64,000 nt of DNA, from positions 724,222,001 through 724,286,000 of the forward strand of contig NC_067398.1 of NCBI RefSeq assembly GCF_016432865.1. Direction: 5' to 3'. This document shows positions 24,501-38,006 of this stretch, one piece after another. Under the pieces are notes generated by a model. It had not been told where the DNA came from. It saw only the letters and a list, made by a program, of their open reading frames with translations, and searched no databases. The position numbers and the translations under genes were made by a program. The DNA comes from Antechinus flavipes. Its lineage: Eukaryota. Position 1 is the first letter of the stretch. Each line of letters opens with the position of its first letter.

Positions 24501-27500
24501 TGTTATGAGCCAGAATTTGATACAAGATGATAACTCAATGGAATTGATACAATGCTTATTGGTTCACATATTAGAGCAAATGCTTACAAGGTGTTAAGTC
24601 ACTAGAGTTGATAGAAACAATGCTTAAGTTAATACCTTTGAGAGTTCACACATTAGTTCACACGGTTGAGAGATTTCAGGGTTCAGTATGAGATATCCAA
24701 ATTCATACCTTCCATAATCCCACTCTCAGAGGAGGAGTCAATCTTTGAGTTTACACCTCTAAAAGAGCATAAAAAGAGCTGAGCTCAGTCAGGAGAGTTC
24801 CGTTGAAAAGATTGAGAGGGGAGCATCAGTTGGAGATTGAGAAGCCATGAGTCGGAGGAAGAGCAAAAAGACAAGCTTCAAGAGCTCTTGGAACCAAGGA
24901 GGGAGAGAGCCCTCTAAGAAAACTAAGCAGACTATATTGAAGGAGGCAATAAAAGATTTGAACTTTTAACACCTGGTTGCATTTGGAGTGATCATTACTC
25001 TGAACTGAAAGTAAGGTTGCCTCCAGAAAACCTCCCCAAGAAAACTGCTCCCAGAGTACCATCATATAGTATAGAAAAAGAAGAACACCACATTTTGGCA
25101 CCTGAATATGGCACTGACAGGAACCTGATCTTAGATCCTTATCTCAGTGGAAAAGCCTATGATCCTGAATCTAGTGGAAAAGTCTTCTTAACCTACAAAT
25201 TAGGGTGAGTGCAAAAGAAATGTTATTAAAGAGCTAAAATAGTATTTCAATTAAAATGGGACAGATGTTCAAGAAAAATGTTTAGAGAGCATTGTCAAAG
25301 TTATAAAAAGCCAAGGTTTGATTATAATTCTGGAGCAGATCACTGAACTTTTAGAAACTATAAAGCACATATGTCCTTGGTTCTCTATGGAAAAAGAATT
25401 GGATCTAGACAAGTGGAAATTAGTAGGAGAGCAACTAGGTGAGTACTAAAATTCTAATCCAAACTCAATGGAGTGGAAATTAGAAGAGGATCTTTGTCAA
25501 TTCTGCAATAAAAATGGACCTGACTCAATTTCCAAAGACACAATTAAAACATAAAATTTAATACAACTGGCTATAAGAAATTAAATAAGTGTTAGAATGA
25601 AGAAAAAGAAGAAAGAGCAGGAAGAGGAGATGACAACTAAACTAGGTGAAAAACAGAAAGAATCAAATAAGAATGGAGTTAAATACAATTTTGAGTGTGA
25701 TACTTCACATCAGGAGAAATTAGATCATTCTACATCTCATGACCTTCCCCCCTCAATTAACCCTTCATGGATGGAGGAAGAAGGGGGAGGGAGAGAGGCA
25801 GAAACACAATCAGCATCTCCTGTAAAGAAGAATATGACAAGATTAGAAAAGGCATTAATTAAAACAAAAAAATGAAGGAGAAGATATATCTGATTTTATA
25901 AATGCAAATCCTGTGATTGAAGAGCTTGACTCTTCGGATCAAAAAGGGAGAAAATACACTTCTTTTAATTTGGAAAAAAATTAAGAATTTGAAAAAAAGG
26001 ATTCTGTCAAAAAGTTATTAATAAAAAAAAAAAAGAAAAAGGGATGCACTCTTTATGGGCTACAACCTCTTATATTAAGTGTTACTAGATAATTTGTCTT
26101 ATGAAATTTTAACCACGAATGATTGGAAATCCATAGCTAGGATATGTTTAGAACCTGGACAAAATTTGTTGTGGCTTTCAGAGTATCATGAATTATGTAG
26201 GATTCAAGCCAGATGCAACAGGCCAACAGGAGCTAATGTACAAATCACTTTTGACCAACTAGCTGGTGAAGGTCATTATGGAGAGAATTCAGAACAGATT
26301 TATTATCCCATAACTGTGTATGAGCAAATTTCTAAGGCTTCAATAAAAGCTTGGAGTTCTCTCCCCGGACAGAAAGATGGATGTAAAGCCTTCACAAAAA
26401 TAGATCAAGGGCCCCATACCTTTTGCAGATTTAGTGGGACATTTGCAAACAGCTGTAACAAGAACCACTGGAGAAAATGCAGCTACAGAAATAATGACCA
26501 GACATCTGGCTAAGGAAAATGCCAATGAGGTTTGCAAAAGAATTATATGGAGACTAGACAAAGACGTTCCTTTAGAGGAGATCATAAGGCGTTGTGTCAC
26601 AGTGGGCACAAATGTTTATTATACCCAAACTATGATGAACATGGAAAGACAGGGTCCCTCTTGGCAAAGGAATTCTACAGAAACTCGTCGATGTTTTCAG
26701 TGTGGAAAAGTTGGACATCTGAGAGCTCATTGTAGATATGGAGATAGAGTGAGAGGACGGGGTGAGAGAAAACCCAAAACCCCATGTCCAAAATGCAACC
26801 GAGGCTTTCATTGGACTTCTGAATATAAATTGACCCAGAGAAGTGAGAGGCAGGGCCCAGCTCCAAGGTATCAATCAAAAGATGGGGGGGGGGACATGAT
26901 AGCAGCTGAGGTTACACCCAGAGAGACTTTAAAAGGTCAGGACTTTGATGTGATTGACCAACAGAAAAGCAATTAGGATTACAGTTGGGGAGAATACAAG
27001 TTTTTTAAGCCATATGGGCAGTGTCCAGTGCAAGTAGCTCCAATGTAATTGCCAGTTGATAAGGAGAAATCCCCAAAGTGGTAAATAAAAGGGAATTAGA
27101 TAGGCTAACTGCCTGGGAGAGAAGGTTTGCTTGTGTTCCTACAAATAGAGAAGGAAACAGATGGAGAAGGAAACAGATGGGTGGCAACGAGCACCTGGAG
27201 AGAGGCAGAAAGACAGAAAACCTTCAAAATAAAAGAGAAGATCTAAAAAGCATCTGACACTGAAGGAGCATGGCTGATAATGAGACTGTCAAAAGAACTC
27301 TAAAATCTTCAGGAATCATTGGATTCCCTAATACAAGATGAGACTGTTCCAAGGACTTGAAAACTACTAGGAATCATTGGATTCCCTGAGATGAAAAATT
27401 GTTGATGAGACTATTGCAGGACTTCAAAGCTTGGATTCCTGGCACATGAACTAATGCACAACGGATTCCTCTGGGACTATTTCTAGGACTTATGGACATA

Positions 27501-28278
27501 TGTGAATTCTCAGGTTGATTCATGCTATTTGTTACATCACTACTAGTCTATGTCATATTGCTGTGTGCTTATGTCATTATGTGTAATGCCTCCCATACTG
27601 ATGGATTTATGGGCACCTGTTTCACGTGAGCCCCTTCAGAAACCCGCTGATCTGATTTGATTCCCCATTTCCTTTGGTGTTTTCATCTCCCTTCCTTTTT
27701 GAGGATTCTCACCTCCTTGAGAAGTCAGAGAGGTCATGACCACCTATGTTCTAAATCAAAAGAAAGCGGGAGATGGTGGAATCCTTACAAGTGTTAAGTC
27801 ATTGGAATTGATAGAGACCATAGTTCTCTCATTTAGCCTGGCTCGGGGTGATTGATCGGACCCTACAAGCAGATGTTACGGGCCAGAACCTGAAACAAGC
27901 ACTAAGGGGAGCTGCGGAGACCACGTTTAAATCCCGGGGACAGAATGACCGGGGTACTCAGGGCGCAGCATAAGCGCGAAGCTCTCAGCGCCGAAGAGCT
28001 CCCTGGGAGACGGCGAGCCAGGAGAGAGTGGAGGCGCCGGCGGAGAAGATTCGGGGAGAGCCGGAGGCAGAAGCTGGCAGACAGGCTCTGGGAACAGGGA
28101 GGGAGAGAGGCCGCTAACAAAGCTAACGGGGCCATTCTGGAGGAGACAACGCAGGGTTCGGACTTTTAACTCTTGGCTGCATTGGGAGGGATTATTGCTC
28201 TGAACGAACCTAACGCTGCCTCCAGAACCTCCCCGAGAAACCCGCTCTTTGTATTATAAAAAAGGAGAGAACGCCGCA
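24501..28278 (+). mobile_element. Betaretrovirus-like (class II) ERV, gag-only, with non-matching LTRs
   Basis: 5' LTR 24501-25092; degenerate tRNA-Lys-type PBS tggcacctgaa at 25096; PPT aaaagaaagcgggaga before the 3' LTR 27774-28278; no pro/pol/env motifs seen. Confidence 0.85.
25256..26976 (+). pseudogene. gag: Betaretroviral-type gag (MA, CA, NC), interrupted
   Basis: MGQ start; PWF..LDLDKWKLVG; DWKSIARICLEPGQNLLWLSEY; ENANEVC; CCHC knuckle CFQCGKVGHLRAHC plus a degenerate second knuckle CPKCNRGFHWTSEY. Confidence 0.9.
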
Positions 28279-28384
28279 CTTGAGTCAAGGCTGCAGGACC
28301 TTCAGGCCTATTCCAAGCCAAGGAGATGAAGCCTTACTCGATTTTCAGAACTGTCTTGCGGGATCTCACACCTCATCTCGTTCA

Positions 28385-29180
28385 GAGGAAATGGAGAAGA
28401 AGAAAGTGGGAGTGGGGGGAAATGAAGGGGCGAAAAGAGGGAGAAGGGAAGGGACAAAGAAGGGCAGGGGAGCAGAAAGGAAGGGGGGGCGGTCCCCGCA
28501 GGATCAAGGATCCTGTGCCCCATTTCACAGACCACATAACTGAGGCAAGGAGAGGGAGAAGGCAGGGATGGGGGGGGGGGGAAGTAGGGCGGGGGTCCCA
28601 GGCGTCTCACCTTGTGCCGCACCCAGGACGGCGCTGCTGCACGAGCGGTACAGACACTTCCCTGGCCTCCAGAAGGCTCCGGGATAGAGGATCTAGGAGG
28701 AACTTCCTGGTCCGAAGTGTCGCTCACAGGGCTGGGCGACCCCCCATTGGCTGGCTGCCGGAGGCGGGGCATTCGCAGACAACGCCGCTTCTCAGCGGGC
28801 TGCACTGGAGGAAAAGGGAATTCGCCCCGTTCACACACGTAGGCTCCTTCCTGCCACGCCTGGACCTTTGAGCCAATCAGAAAAGACGCCGCGGCCGCTG
28901 TCCCGCCCCCAGGTTCCCCGCCGCTTCACTTCTCCTAGCAATTTTTCGGGGAAGTCAATCTCGCGTGGCTTTGTTCTGCGGTTCTCGGGATGGCCCGAGG
29001 CTGAATCACGAGGGGAGGGGGGAGAAGGGAGGGGCGGGGAGGGCGGCCCGCAGGAGTGAGGGGGCGGGGCTACAGGGCCGCGAGCCCGGGAATTTTCTTT
29101 AACAGGCAGGTAGGGATACAAGTGTCTCCTGTAGCTTCAGTAGCGCAGAGACGGAAGAACGCCGCTGACACATGGTACAT
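28385..29180 (-). promoter_or_regulatory. Gene A CpG-island promoter and non-coding exon 1 (ends at 28611, AAG|GTGAGA)
   Basis: CCAAT at ~28872, GC boxes, paralogous to the other units. Confidence 0.85.
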
Positions 29181-29478
29181 TAGGGGGTATGTGGTTCAGC
29201 CCCTAAAGCTCCAGGCCTGACGGCCCTGTTCCGCTTAACGCGCTGACGCTCGCTGACAGCCACCAAGTCCCCGCCCCCGCCAAGGCGGGATTAGGGGACA
29301 GAAAGTGACGCAGGGAAAGCCCCGAGCTGAGCCCGGCTCCCCTCCCCTCCCCCCACTTCCCCTCCCTCCTCTCCAACCCCCTGACTCCGGACTTCAGGTT
29401 CAGGCTTTCCCCTCGCCAGCAAACCGCGGCCTCGGGCTTTCCCACACCGACCCTCCCCCCGCATCTCCAACAAGCATC

Positions 29479-30450
29479 TTTTTTTTTTAATACCGTTTTA
29501 TTGACAGAACATGCGCATGGGAAATTTTTCTACACTGACCCCTGCAAACACTTCTGTTCCAACTTTTCCCTTCCACCCTCTCCCCTACATGGCGGACAGT
29601 TTCATACATGTTAAACATGTAAGTATATTTTAGCTACAACATTTGTGCACAGATCCATACAGTTCTCTTTTTGCACAAGAAAAATCGGATTCAGAAGGTA
29701 AAAATAACCTGGGAAGAAAAACAAAAATGCAAGTAGTCCACACTCGTTTCCCGTGTTCCTTCTCTGGGTGTAACTGATTCTGTCCATCATTGATCAATTG
29801 GAACTGAATTAGATCTTCTCTTTGTCAAAGAGATCCATTTCCATCAGCGTACATCCTTATACAGTATTGTTATTGAAGTATATAATGATCTCCTAGTCCT
29901 GCTCATTTCACTCAGCCTCAGTTCCTTATGAGTCTCTCCAGGCGTCACTAAAATCCTGCTGGTCATTTCTTTTTCTTTTCTTTTCTTCTTAATTATATAG
30001 CTTTTTATTTACAAGTTATATGCATTAGTAATTTTACAGCATTGACAATTGCCAAACCTTTTGTTCCAATTTTTCCCCCCCTTCCCCAAATGGCTGGTTG
30101 ATCAATACATGTTAAATATGTTAGGTATAAGTCAAATACAATATATGTATACATGTCCATACAGTTATTTTGCTGTACAAAAAGAATTGGACTTTGAAAT
30201 AGTGTACAATTAGCCCGTGAAGGAAATCAAAAATTCAGGCAGACAGGCCTATTCATGGTTGTATTAGTTTTGCTCAGCATCAGTTCATTTAAATCTTTCC
30301 AGGCCTTTATAAAATCAGCTTATTTGTCATATTTATTATAACAATAATATTCCATTACTTTCACGCAACATGACTTATTCAGCCATTTCCCAGTTGATGG
30401 GCATCTACTCACTTTCCAATTCTTTGCCACCACAAAAAGAGCTGCTACAA
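29479..30450 (-). mobile_element. L1 3'-end insertions truncating the upstream module of unit A
   Basis: Poly(T) at 29479 followed by reverse-complemented L1 3'UTR; second 3' end from ~29975. Confidence 0.75.
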
Positions 30451-30459
30451 CCCCAAGTT

Positions 30460-31950
30460 ACTGCTTTGAACTGGTTGAAGTGCAGATACTTCTGGGGCAG
30501 AGGCTAAGAAGTGACAAAAGATAAGCCTGGAAGGCAGCTTTCAACTTCAGGAAGTGCTGCCTGAAGGACAAAGTAGGTTTTGGAAAGATGACCATGGGAA
30601 GATGACAAGATCCTCTGGTCAAGGTGAGATGACCACATCTGGTCTCTGGCTGTGGCTGTGGGGGAGGAGGGGTGATGTCATTCCAAGTCAGAATTACACG
30701 AATATGGTCAAAGGGAAAGCTGCTGGTGGTGGTCACTCTCTGAGTCCCGGATTTGGATTGTAAGGGAGAGGGGTGAGCTGAAATTTGCAGCCTTAAGAAA
30801 CTGGAGGGAGCAATAGCATATGCTCATGATACGTGGCTCAGGAGACGAGAATGACAGCACAAAAAAACCTGAATTAGGCCTGAGATATCCCCAACACCTT
30901 GGGCCTAAAGGCCAACTTTAATACAAAGTCCACAAATAGGAAACTTGCTGCTGCTGCTGCTACAGATGACGAAAAGGAATAGTAAGAATCCACCCATAGA
31001 TTACTTCAATGGTATGCAGAAGATCTGGATTCAAAATCAGAAGATGGTGAAATTAAAATAGTTACTTTGATGCATTCTGAGAAGATGGCAGAGCTCCAGA
31101 GTCTCCATGAACAGATAGGAAATTACCACAAAATGAATATAGAGAAGCAAAGATAAAGGGGTAAAGCAGTTGCCTTCCTAGGACAAAACAAGAGGACCCC
31201 AAAAAAGACCGGAATTCCCAAGGGCTGAGACTTAGCCAGAATGAAGAATAGACACCTCTATACTGACTCTTTCACTGGTCCCCAAAAATAACAAATCAAG
31301 CCCTGGGGCAGCTTTGTCAGGAGGCAGACTAAGTCTCCAGAAATCTCTCAACATTCTCCTCACTCTAAGCTTCAAGGAAATTTCCCCTCAGAAACTTTTA
31401 CTGTAGAATGCACAACCTGTGAAAATGCCAGAAATCAGACCAGCTGTTCTGGCTCTCACAGAGGCCATGAAAAGCGACAGAAAGACAAACAGACTTCCAG
31501 CATTCCTCCAAAGTGAAGTAGTGACAAGAATAACATAGAGAGCTTTATTATCATTGATTGACCCTTAAATGCTTTCTAACCACAATATGGCTAAGGAAAC
31601 ACAAATGAAAAGAGAAAGTAGGTAAACCAGTCAGTGTATGAAGGAACTAGGGGAAAGTTGGGTTCAAGGAGAAACTTTAGCATTTCCAGACAAACTGTCT
31701 CTCCTCCGATCTGGGCAGGGAGCTTATCATTCCTGCACATTCTGTTCTCATAACATCTCAGTCTCCGAAGCTTCCCAGCCTCTGCTGGCCAAAGAGCAGA
31801 CTGAAGTGGGGATTTGTGCCGGGTCAGAATGACATGAATTACTGCAAACTGAGTGCAGATTGAGCAGGCCAGAATGCCTGGGAAAGGACAGCTTGGAAGC
31901 AAGCTATGCACAGGCTAGGCAGGTGTGATTACATTACCAAAGTAGGTGTG
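30460..31950 (+). mobile_element. Probable old L1 5'UTR/ORF1-start fragments
   Basis: ORF1-start-like sequence at ~30965-31065; L1-type gaagatggc 5' motif at ~31081. Confidence 0.4.
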
Positions 31951-33625
31951 ATTACCTGGAAGATTATCTTTGAATTCCACTGAGATCTTATGTGGCAAAG
32001 TGCTTGATACAGATTCCATTCCAGAAGACATTTACAAGGCAAAGGATCCACTGCTAACATAAAAGCTGACGGAAATCGTCCAGGTTACATGGCAAGAGGT
32101 TATCCCCCTGGAGATACAGAATACATCAAAAATATTATGCAATTTTGCATATTGCAAAATATAGACAAAAAGTATACATTTCTATAAAGGAAAAGGAAAT
32201 AGGTTGTTCTGTGACAATCAAAGCAGTCTCTCCCTCAGACACTACCAGCAAAAGTATGCCAGTCAGTCTTCCTTAATGGGCTGATTCTTCACCTGGAAAA
32301 TAGTCATCCCCCTGAGAGACAGTGTGGATTCAGAAAGGGCTGAGGAACGCCAATGTGGTGTTTACTGCTGGACAATTCCAGGAGAAATGACAGGAGCAGA
32401 ACAAAGATCTGTATAGGATATTCTTTGATTCAATCGAGGCTTTTGATACTGTCGGTCATGAGGGCTTGTGGAAAATGATGATGAAATGTGGTTGCCTGGA
32501 GAAGTCCATCAATATTGTATGCCAGTTTCATGCCAGCATGCTTGCAAGGGTCCTGGATAATGGATGATGCTCTTGTGCTTCCCTAGTCACCAGTGGAGTC
32601 AAACAGATCTGTGTGCTTGTTCCCATCCTTTTTAGCATGATGCTGTCAGTGATGTTCTCAGACATTTTCAGCAAGGATGAAAATGGCATCAGTCAGCTAC
32701 CATGGTGATACCAAATTATTTCCCTAAATTGGAAGAAAAGTCGGCATGTGACTTTTTGTTTGCAGGTGATTTTGCACTCAGTGCAGCCTTTGAAGCTGAC
32801 CTATACAGAGTGGAGATCGATTCTCCGTCCCTTGTGAAACCAGAAGGAGGCTCTCCCCCAGTCAGTATCTAAATGAGGAACTCACTATCTAAATGAGGAA
32901 CCACTGGTTATATACAGCAAAGGGAGAAATATGGAATGCTGGGAATATATTCATTTACCATGGAAGTCTGTTTTTCAATGTTGTGCACATGGATGGTGCT
33001 GTTAACATACAGATTGCAGAGCCAACTCAATGTTTTCAAATTCTAAAGGAAAGCATGAGAGAGTTTGCCTGCCATACTGAGGGCAACAGAGCTGCTGTGC
33101 TGACCTCATTGGTATATGCTTATGAAACCCAGACAGTCCACCAGTGCCATGCCAGGAAACAAAACACTTCTGCATGAATTAGGAAAATTCTGAAGATCAC
33201 CTGGCAAAATAAGAGACTGGATACCTGACATCTTTTCTCAAGCTGAACTGCTAAGCATTTGCAGAACACACCATTCGAATGCCAGGCAGAGGTTTGTTCA
33301 AAAGAATATTTATGGAGAACTCACGAGTGCTCACACAGAGGGCCGAAGAAGTGATACAAGAATATTCTCAAGGTGTCTCTGAAGAACTTTGGTATTCATT
33401 GTGAGATATGGAAGATATACCAGCCCAGAGCTGTCTCACCTGGCTTCCCCACATCAAAAGCACTGTGCTCTCTGAGCAAAGCAGAATCACAGTCACTCAA
33501 AAGAAATGGGACATTCTCAAATTTGTGCCCAACCTGTGATAAAACTTTGTGAGCTCATATCAGTCTGGTCACACACAGTGTACATTGACCCATCATTTTG
33601 GTCCTTCACCAGTACCAAGGACAAC
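31950..33625 (+). mobile_element. Decayed RTE-clade LINE (RT region to 3' end)
   Basis: QCGFRKG..QFQEK..EQN..AFDTV RT motif at ~32320-32460; similar to 13420-14975. Confidence 0.8.
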
Positions 33626-35500
33626 AAAGGAAACTGCTTGAGGAGCTGGATTGTCTTTCCCCTTTTGTTGTATTCTCAGGACTTATCACATGGTATGTAC
33701 TCGCATATATATTGATTTCCCTCCACAACACAATAAATCATAAAGACAAGCAGAAACCAAACAATATATCCAAATGCCTCTGCCTGCCTGTAACAGCATC
33801 TAAGGTATCCCAACTTCTTTGTTCAATACAGGTTTATTGCCTTTATTCTAAATTCAGCTATTTTGTCCTCTGTCGTTATTATATTTGTTACAAATAATAA
33901 TCTCCAATTTCTTAATTGACTTTTCTATCAATTCATATGGATCTTCTTCTGAGTTTCTTATTTTCAATTTTTTCTTCTAAAATATGATTTAGTTACATGC
34001 AAATACCATCAGTAGTTCCACCCTTTTGAAAATAATTAAATAGAAAATAGTTTCGGAAGGAGGGCACTAGCAGGAAGTAGGATCATTAGAGGCCTCAGGA
34101 AGAAGTGGGTACTAGAAATACCTAGAAATGATTTAGTATATATTTTAATAACTGAATTTCAAACTAATTAGTTTCATTTATAATCTTATCCATGTTACTT
34201 TAAGTACTTAAAACTATTACTCTTCAAGAAGGGGCCCATAGGATATGAGGCTTGATACCCCCAACTGGGTGAAGTACAAGACTCTTTAGACCACTAAAAG
34301 GAATTCTGCTGACAATGTCTGGTTTGGCTTCCTATTTCCCCTAAGACCAGTGAAACTGCAGGTATATGGAAAAGTCCTCATGAATGGGGATTTCTGCCCT
34401 GTAAAAAAGCTGAATGTGATGAGCTTGGAGTACCCTTGCATCTCTGGGATTCTGTTATACATCTCTAATACTCGGCTATTGGGATGGGGCAGTGAAAGTG
34501 GGAAGGCAAGGGGATTCCCAAGTAATTCATGGCCAGTGATAGCACTTAGAGAGAATCACTCTGAGCTGCAAGTTGTCAGGGTGGGACTGAATAGCCAAAG
34601 GTTAACCCAAGATGCAGAGAGGAGGGATCAGGGATAAAAGTTTTAAAATGGGAGTTAGAAAAAGCTCAAATTAGAACTTACTTCAGACACTTACTAGCTC
34701 TGAGACTTTCCCCATCCATGAGATGGGGACAACGCTAGCTCCTACTTTACAGAGCTGATTATGGATCAACTGTGATAATACATCCCGCTCTTTGCAAACC
34801 TTCAAGGACTGCAGAAATGTTACAATTGTGAAAACATCAAGACCTCAAGTATTTTCCCCCTCCATAGGTCTTCTCACAGGCTCCCTTTCATTCTGCTACC
34901 TCATGTAGACCCTCCTGCTCACTCACCTGAACTTTGTAAGTCTTTTCCTATTTGAATCTCCAACCCAAAATCTCTGCCCACTCCAGTTCATTCTCTACAA
35001 GTCACTGAAGTGATTTTCCTACAGCACAGGTAAAACAGTCCCACCCCACTGCCCCTCTACTTGAAATTCTAGTGCTCCCTATTTCTTCTAGGAACAAATA
35101 TTTGACTTTCAATGTTCTGCATAAATGTCAAATCTACTTTAAAAGCCATCCCTGTATGAACCTGACAAGATCATTTGCTTATCTGGGTCTGCTTTCCTCA
35201 TCTGCAAAAAGAAAAAGCTAGACTCCAGGGACTTCTTTCAACATCTACGTCCATGATTTTATACTAATAACATGGGGGGCCCAGCCAACAAGAGCCCCTT
35301 CCTTCTGGACAAAGATGAACTGAAACAAGATGATCTCAGCAAGGAAAATAAGGAAGCAAAATATCAACATTCTAAGGACCATGGTGTCATCCTCTATATT
35401 GACTTAGATAACCAGGAGACTAACCAGGAGACTTTTTTGTATTTTATTGTGAATTTATTTTATTGAATATTTTCAAATTACATTTTAATCTAGATGAGCC

Positions 35501-36076
35501 TGTTATGAGCCAGAACTTGAAACAAGGTGATAACTCAATGGAATTGATAGAAACAATGCTTAAGTTAACACCTTTGAGAGTTCACACATTAGTTCACACA
35601 TTAATTCACATGTTTGGGAGATTTCAGGGTTCAGTATGAGATATCCAACTTCACACCTCCCATAATCCCACTCTCAGAGGAGGAATCAATCTTTGAGTTT
35701 ACACCTCTAAAAGAGCATAAAAAGAACTGAGCTCAGTCAGGAGAGTTCAGTTGAAAAGATTGAGAGGGGAGAATCAGTTGGAGATTGAGAAGCCACGAGT
35801 CGCAGTTGAGCTAGAGGCAGAAGCTGGAAGAGCAAAAAGACAAGATGCAAGAGCTCTTGGAACCAAGGAGGAAGAGAGGCCTCTAAGAAAGCTAAACGGG
35901 CCCAAGGAAAGAGACAAGACTTGGAAGGAGAAAATAAACATTTGAATTTTATCAGCTGGCTGCATTTGAAGTGATCATTACTTTGAACTGAAACTAAGGC
36001 TGCCTCCAGAAAACCTCCCCAAGAAACCTGCCCACAGAGAACCATCATATATTATACAAAAGAAGAGAACACTACA
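35501..36076 (+). mobile_element. Solo LTR, same subfamily as 24501-25092, antisense in the gene B 3' region
   Basis: TG..CA ends, 6-bp TSD tgagcc/tcagcc, empty site in A (ctggatcagccc at ~18301). Confidence 0.9.
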
Positions 36077-36274
36077 TCAGCCCACTAGAGTGTTTTCCTT
36101 CAGTGATTAAATTAATGAGGTTTTTCTCCATCATGAGTTCTAGAGTATTGAGGATATGCTTTGATCAGCAGGACTGCTTACCCCCATTAATTATATTCCT
36201 AGGATTTCTCACTGGCATGTATTCTCTGATGTCAGGAAAGCCCTGAATTCGGGGTGTAGGCTTTCCCACATTCA

Positions 36275-36448
<174 letters not shown>

Positions 36449-36519
36449 TTACATGTGAGTTCTCTGATGTATAGTCAGTGCTAGGCTCCAAGGAAAGGAT
36501 TTCCCACAGTCATTGCATT

Positions 36520-38006
36520 TTAAAAAGCTTCCTTTGCAGTATGAGTGTTGCAGTGCTCTCTGAGTAAGTGTTTCAGGCAGAAGGTCTTCCCACATTCAGT
36601 GCATTCATATGGTTTCTCTCCAGTATGAATAGTGCTGTGATTATTAAGAGCATACCTGTAAGTGAACGCCTTTCCACATACAGTGCACTGATGAGGTTTT
36701 ACTCCTGCATGAGTTTTCTGGTGCACCCTCAGGCTGGAGTTTAATTGGAATGTCTTCTCACACTCCCTACACTCATAGGATTTCTCTCCCATGTGAGTTC
36801 TATGATGTATAGTCAGAGCTGTGTGGCAAAGAAAGGCTTTCCCACATTTGGTGCATTCATGGGGTTTCTTTCCAGAGTAAATTCCCTGATGTCGCATCAG
36901 CCTTCGGTGCCACAGAAAGGTTTTCCCACATTCGGTGCATTCATAGGGTTGCTCTCCGGTATGCGTTCTCTGATGTTGCATCAGACTTTGGTGCACAGAA
37001 AAGGCTTTCCCACAGTCATTGCATTTAAAAGGTTTTTCTCCAGTGTGAATCCTACAATGCTGTATAAGATCTATCTTCTGCCGGAAGGCCTTTCCACAGT
37101 CACTGCATTTGAAAGGTTTCTCTCCACTGTGAATTCTACAGTGTTTTTTAAGGTACGCTTTCATCCGAAAGAGCTTTCCACATTCACTGCATTCATATGG
37201 TTTGTCAAAAGTATGAACACTACCATGATAAGTAAGAGTATACTTCTGAGAGAATGCTTTCCCACATACACTGCACTGATGAGGTTTTAGTCCCGTATGA
37301 GTTCTCCGGTGCTGAGTCAGGCTGGAGTTTGATGGGAATGTCTTCCCACATTCACTACATTCATAGGGTCTTTCTCCAGTGTGAGTTCTCTGATGTCGAA
37401 TGAGCGTTGAACGCCAAGAAAAGGCTTTCCCACAGTCACTGCATTTAAAAGGTTTTTCTCCAGTGTGAATCCTACAATGCTCTACAAGAGTCGTCTTCTG
37501 CAGGAAGGCCTTTCCACAATCACTGCATTTGAAATGTTTCTCTCCAGTGTGAATTCTATAGTGCTGTGTAAGATTTACTTGCTTCCAGAAGACCTTTCCA
37601 CATTCACTGCATTTATAGAACTTGTTTTCATTCTGAATACTGAAATGTTGAGTCAGATCTGCCTTCTGAGACGACGGCTTCTCACATGAAGTCAATTCAG
37701 AGCACTTTTTTCCCAGATCTATTCTCTGCTGTAGAGTAAGGACTGGCTTTGGGCTGAAGGTTTGGCTGTATTTATAGGATTCGGGGGCTCTGACTTCAAC
37801 AACAGCTTCTGTTTGGATTTCTTTTCCTTGTCTACAATGTTTCCCCTCAGTGTTTTGCTCTTTTCTGAACCTGCCATAATACTGCCAGGTTTTTCCTACC
37901 TCAGAGGTGCAAGGGCCATCCCATAAGGATGTCATTGGGGATAAATCTTTCATAGAAACACTTAACTTTGGAGTGGAGTCCTTGTTCTGAGGGCTAGTGC
38001 CCCCAT
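36520..38006 (-). CDS. KZNF gene B, last exon: 13 fingers, finger 9 degenerate (spliced protein 578 aa)
   Basis: Same length as the gene A exon (1487 bp); open frame; canonical acceptor. Confidence 0.95.

Larger units (their letters stand above)
24170..28384 (-). mobile_element. Class I ERV solo LTR (24170-24500 plus 28279-28384) split by a nested ERV2 element, gene A intron 1
   Basis: Both pieces align to the LTR at 3913-4365, at the same intronic position as in unit 1. Confidence 0.85.
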
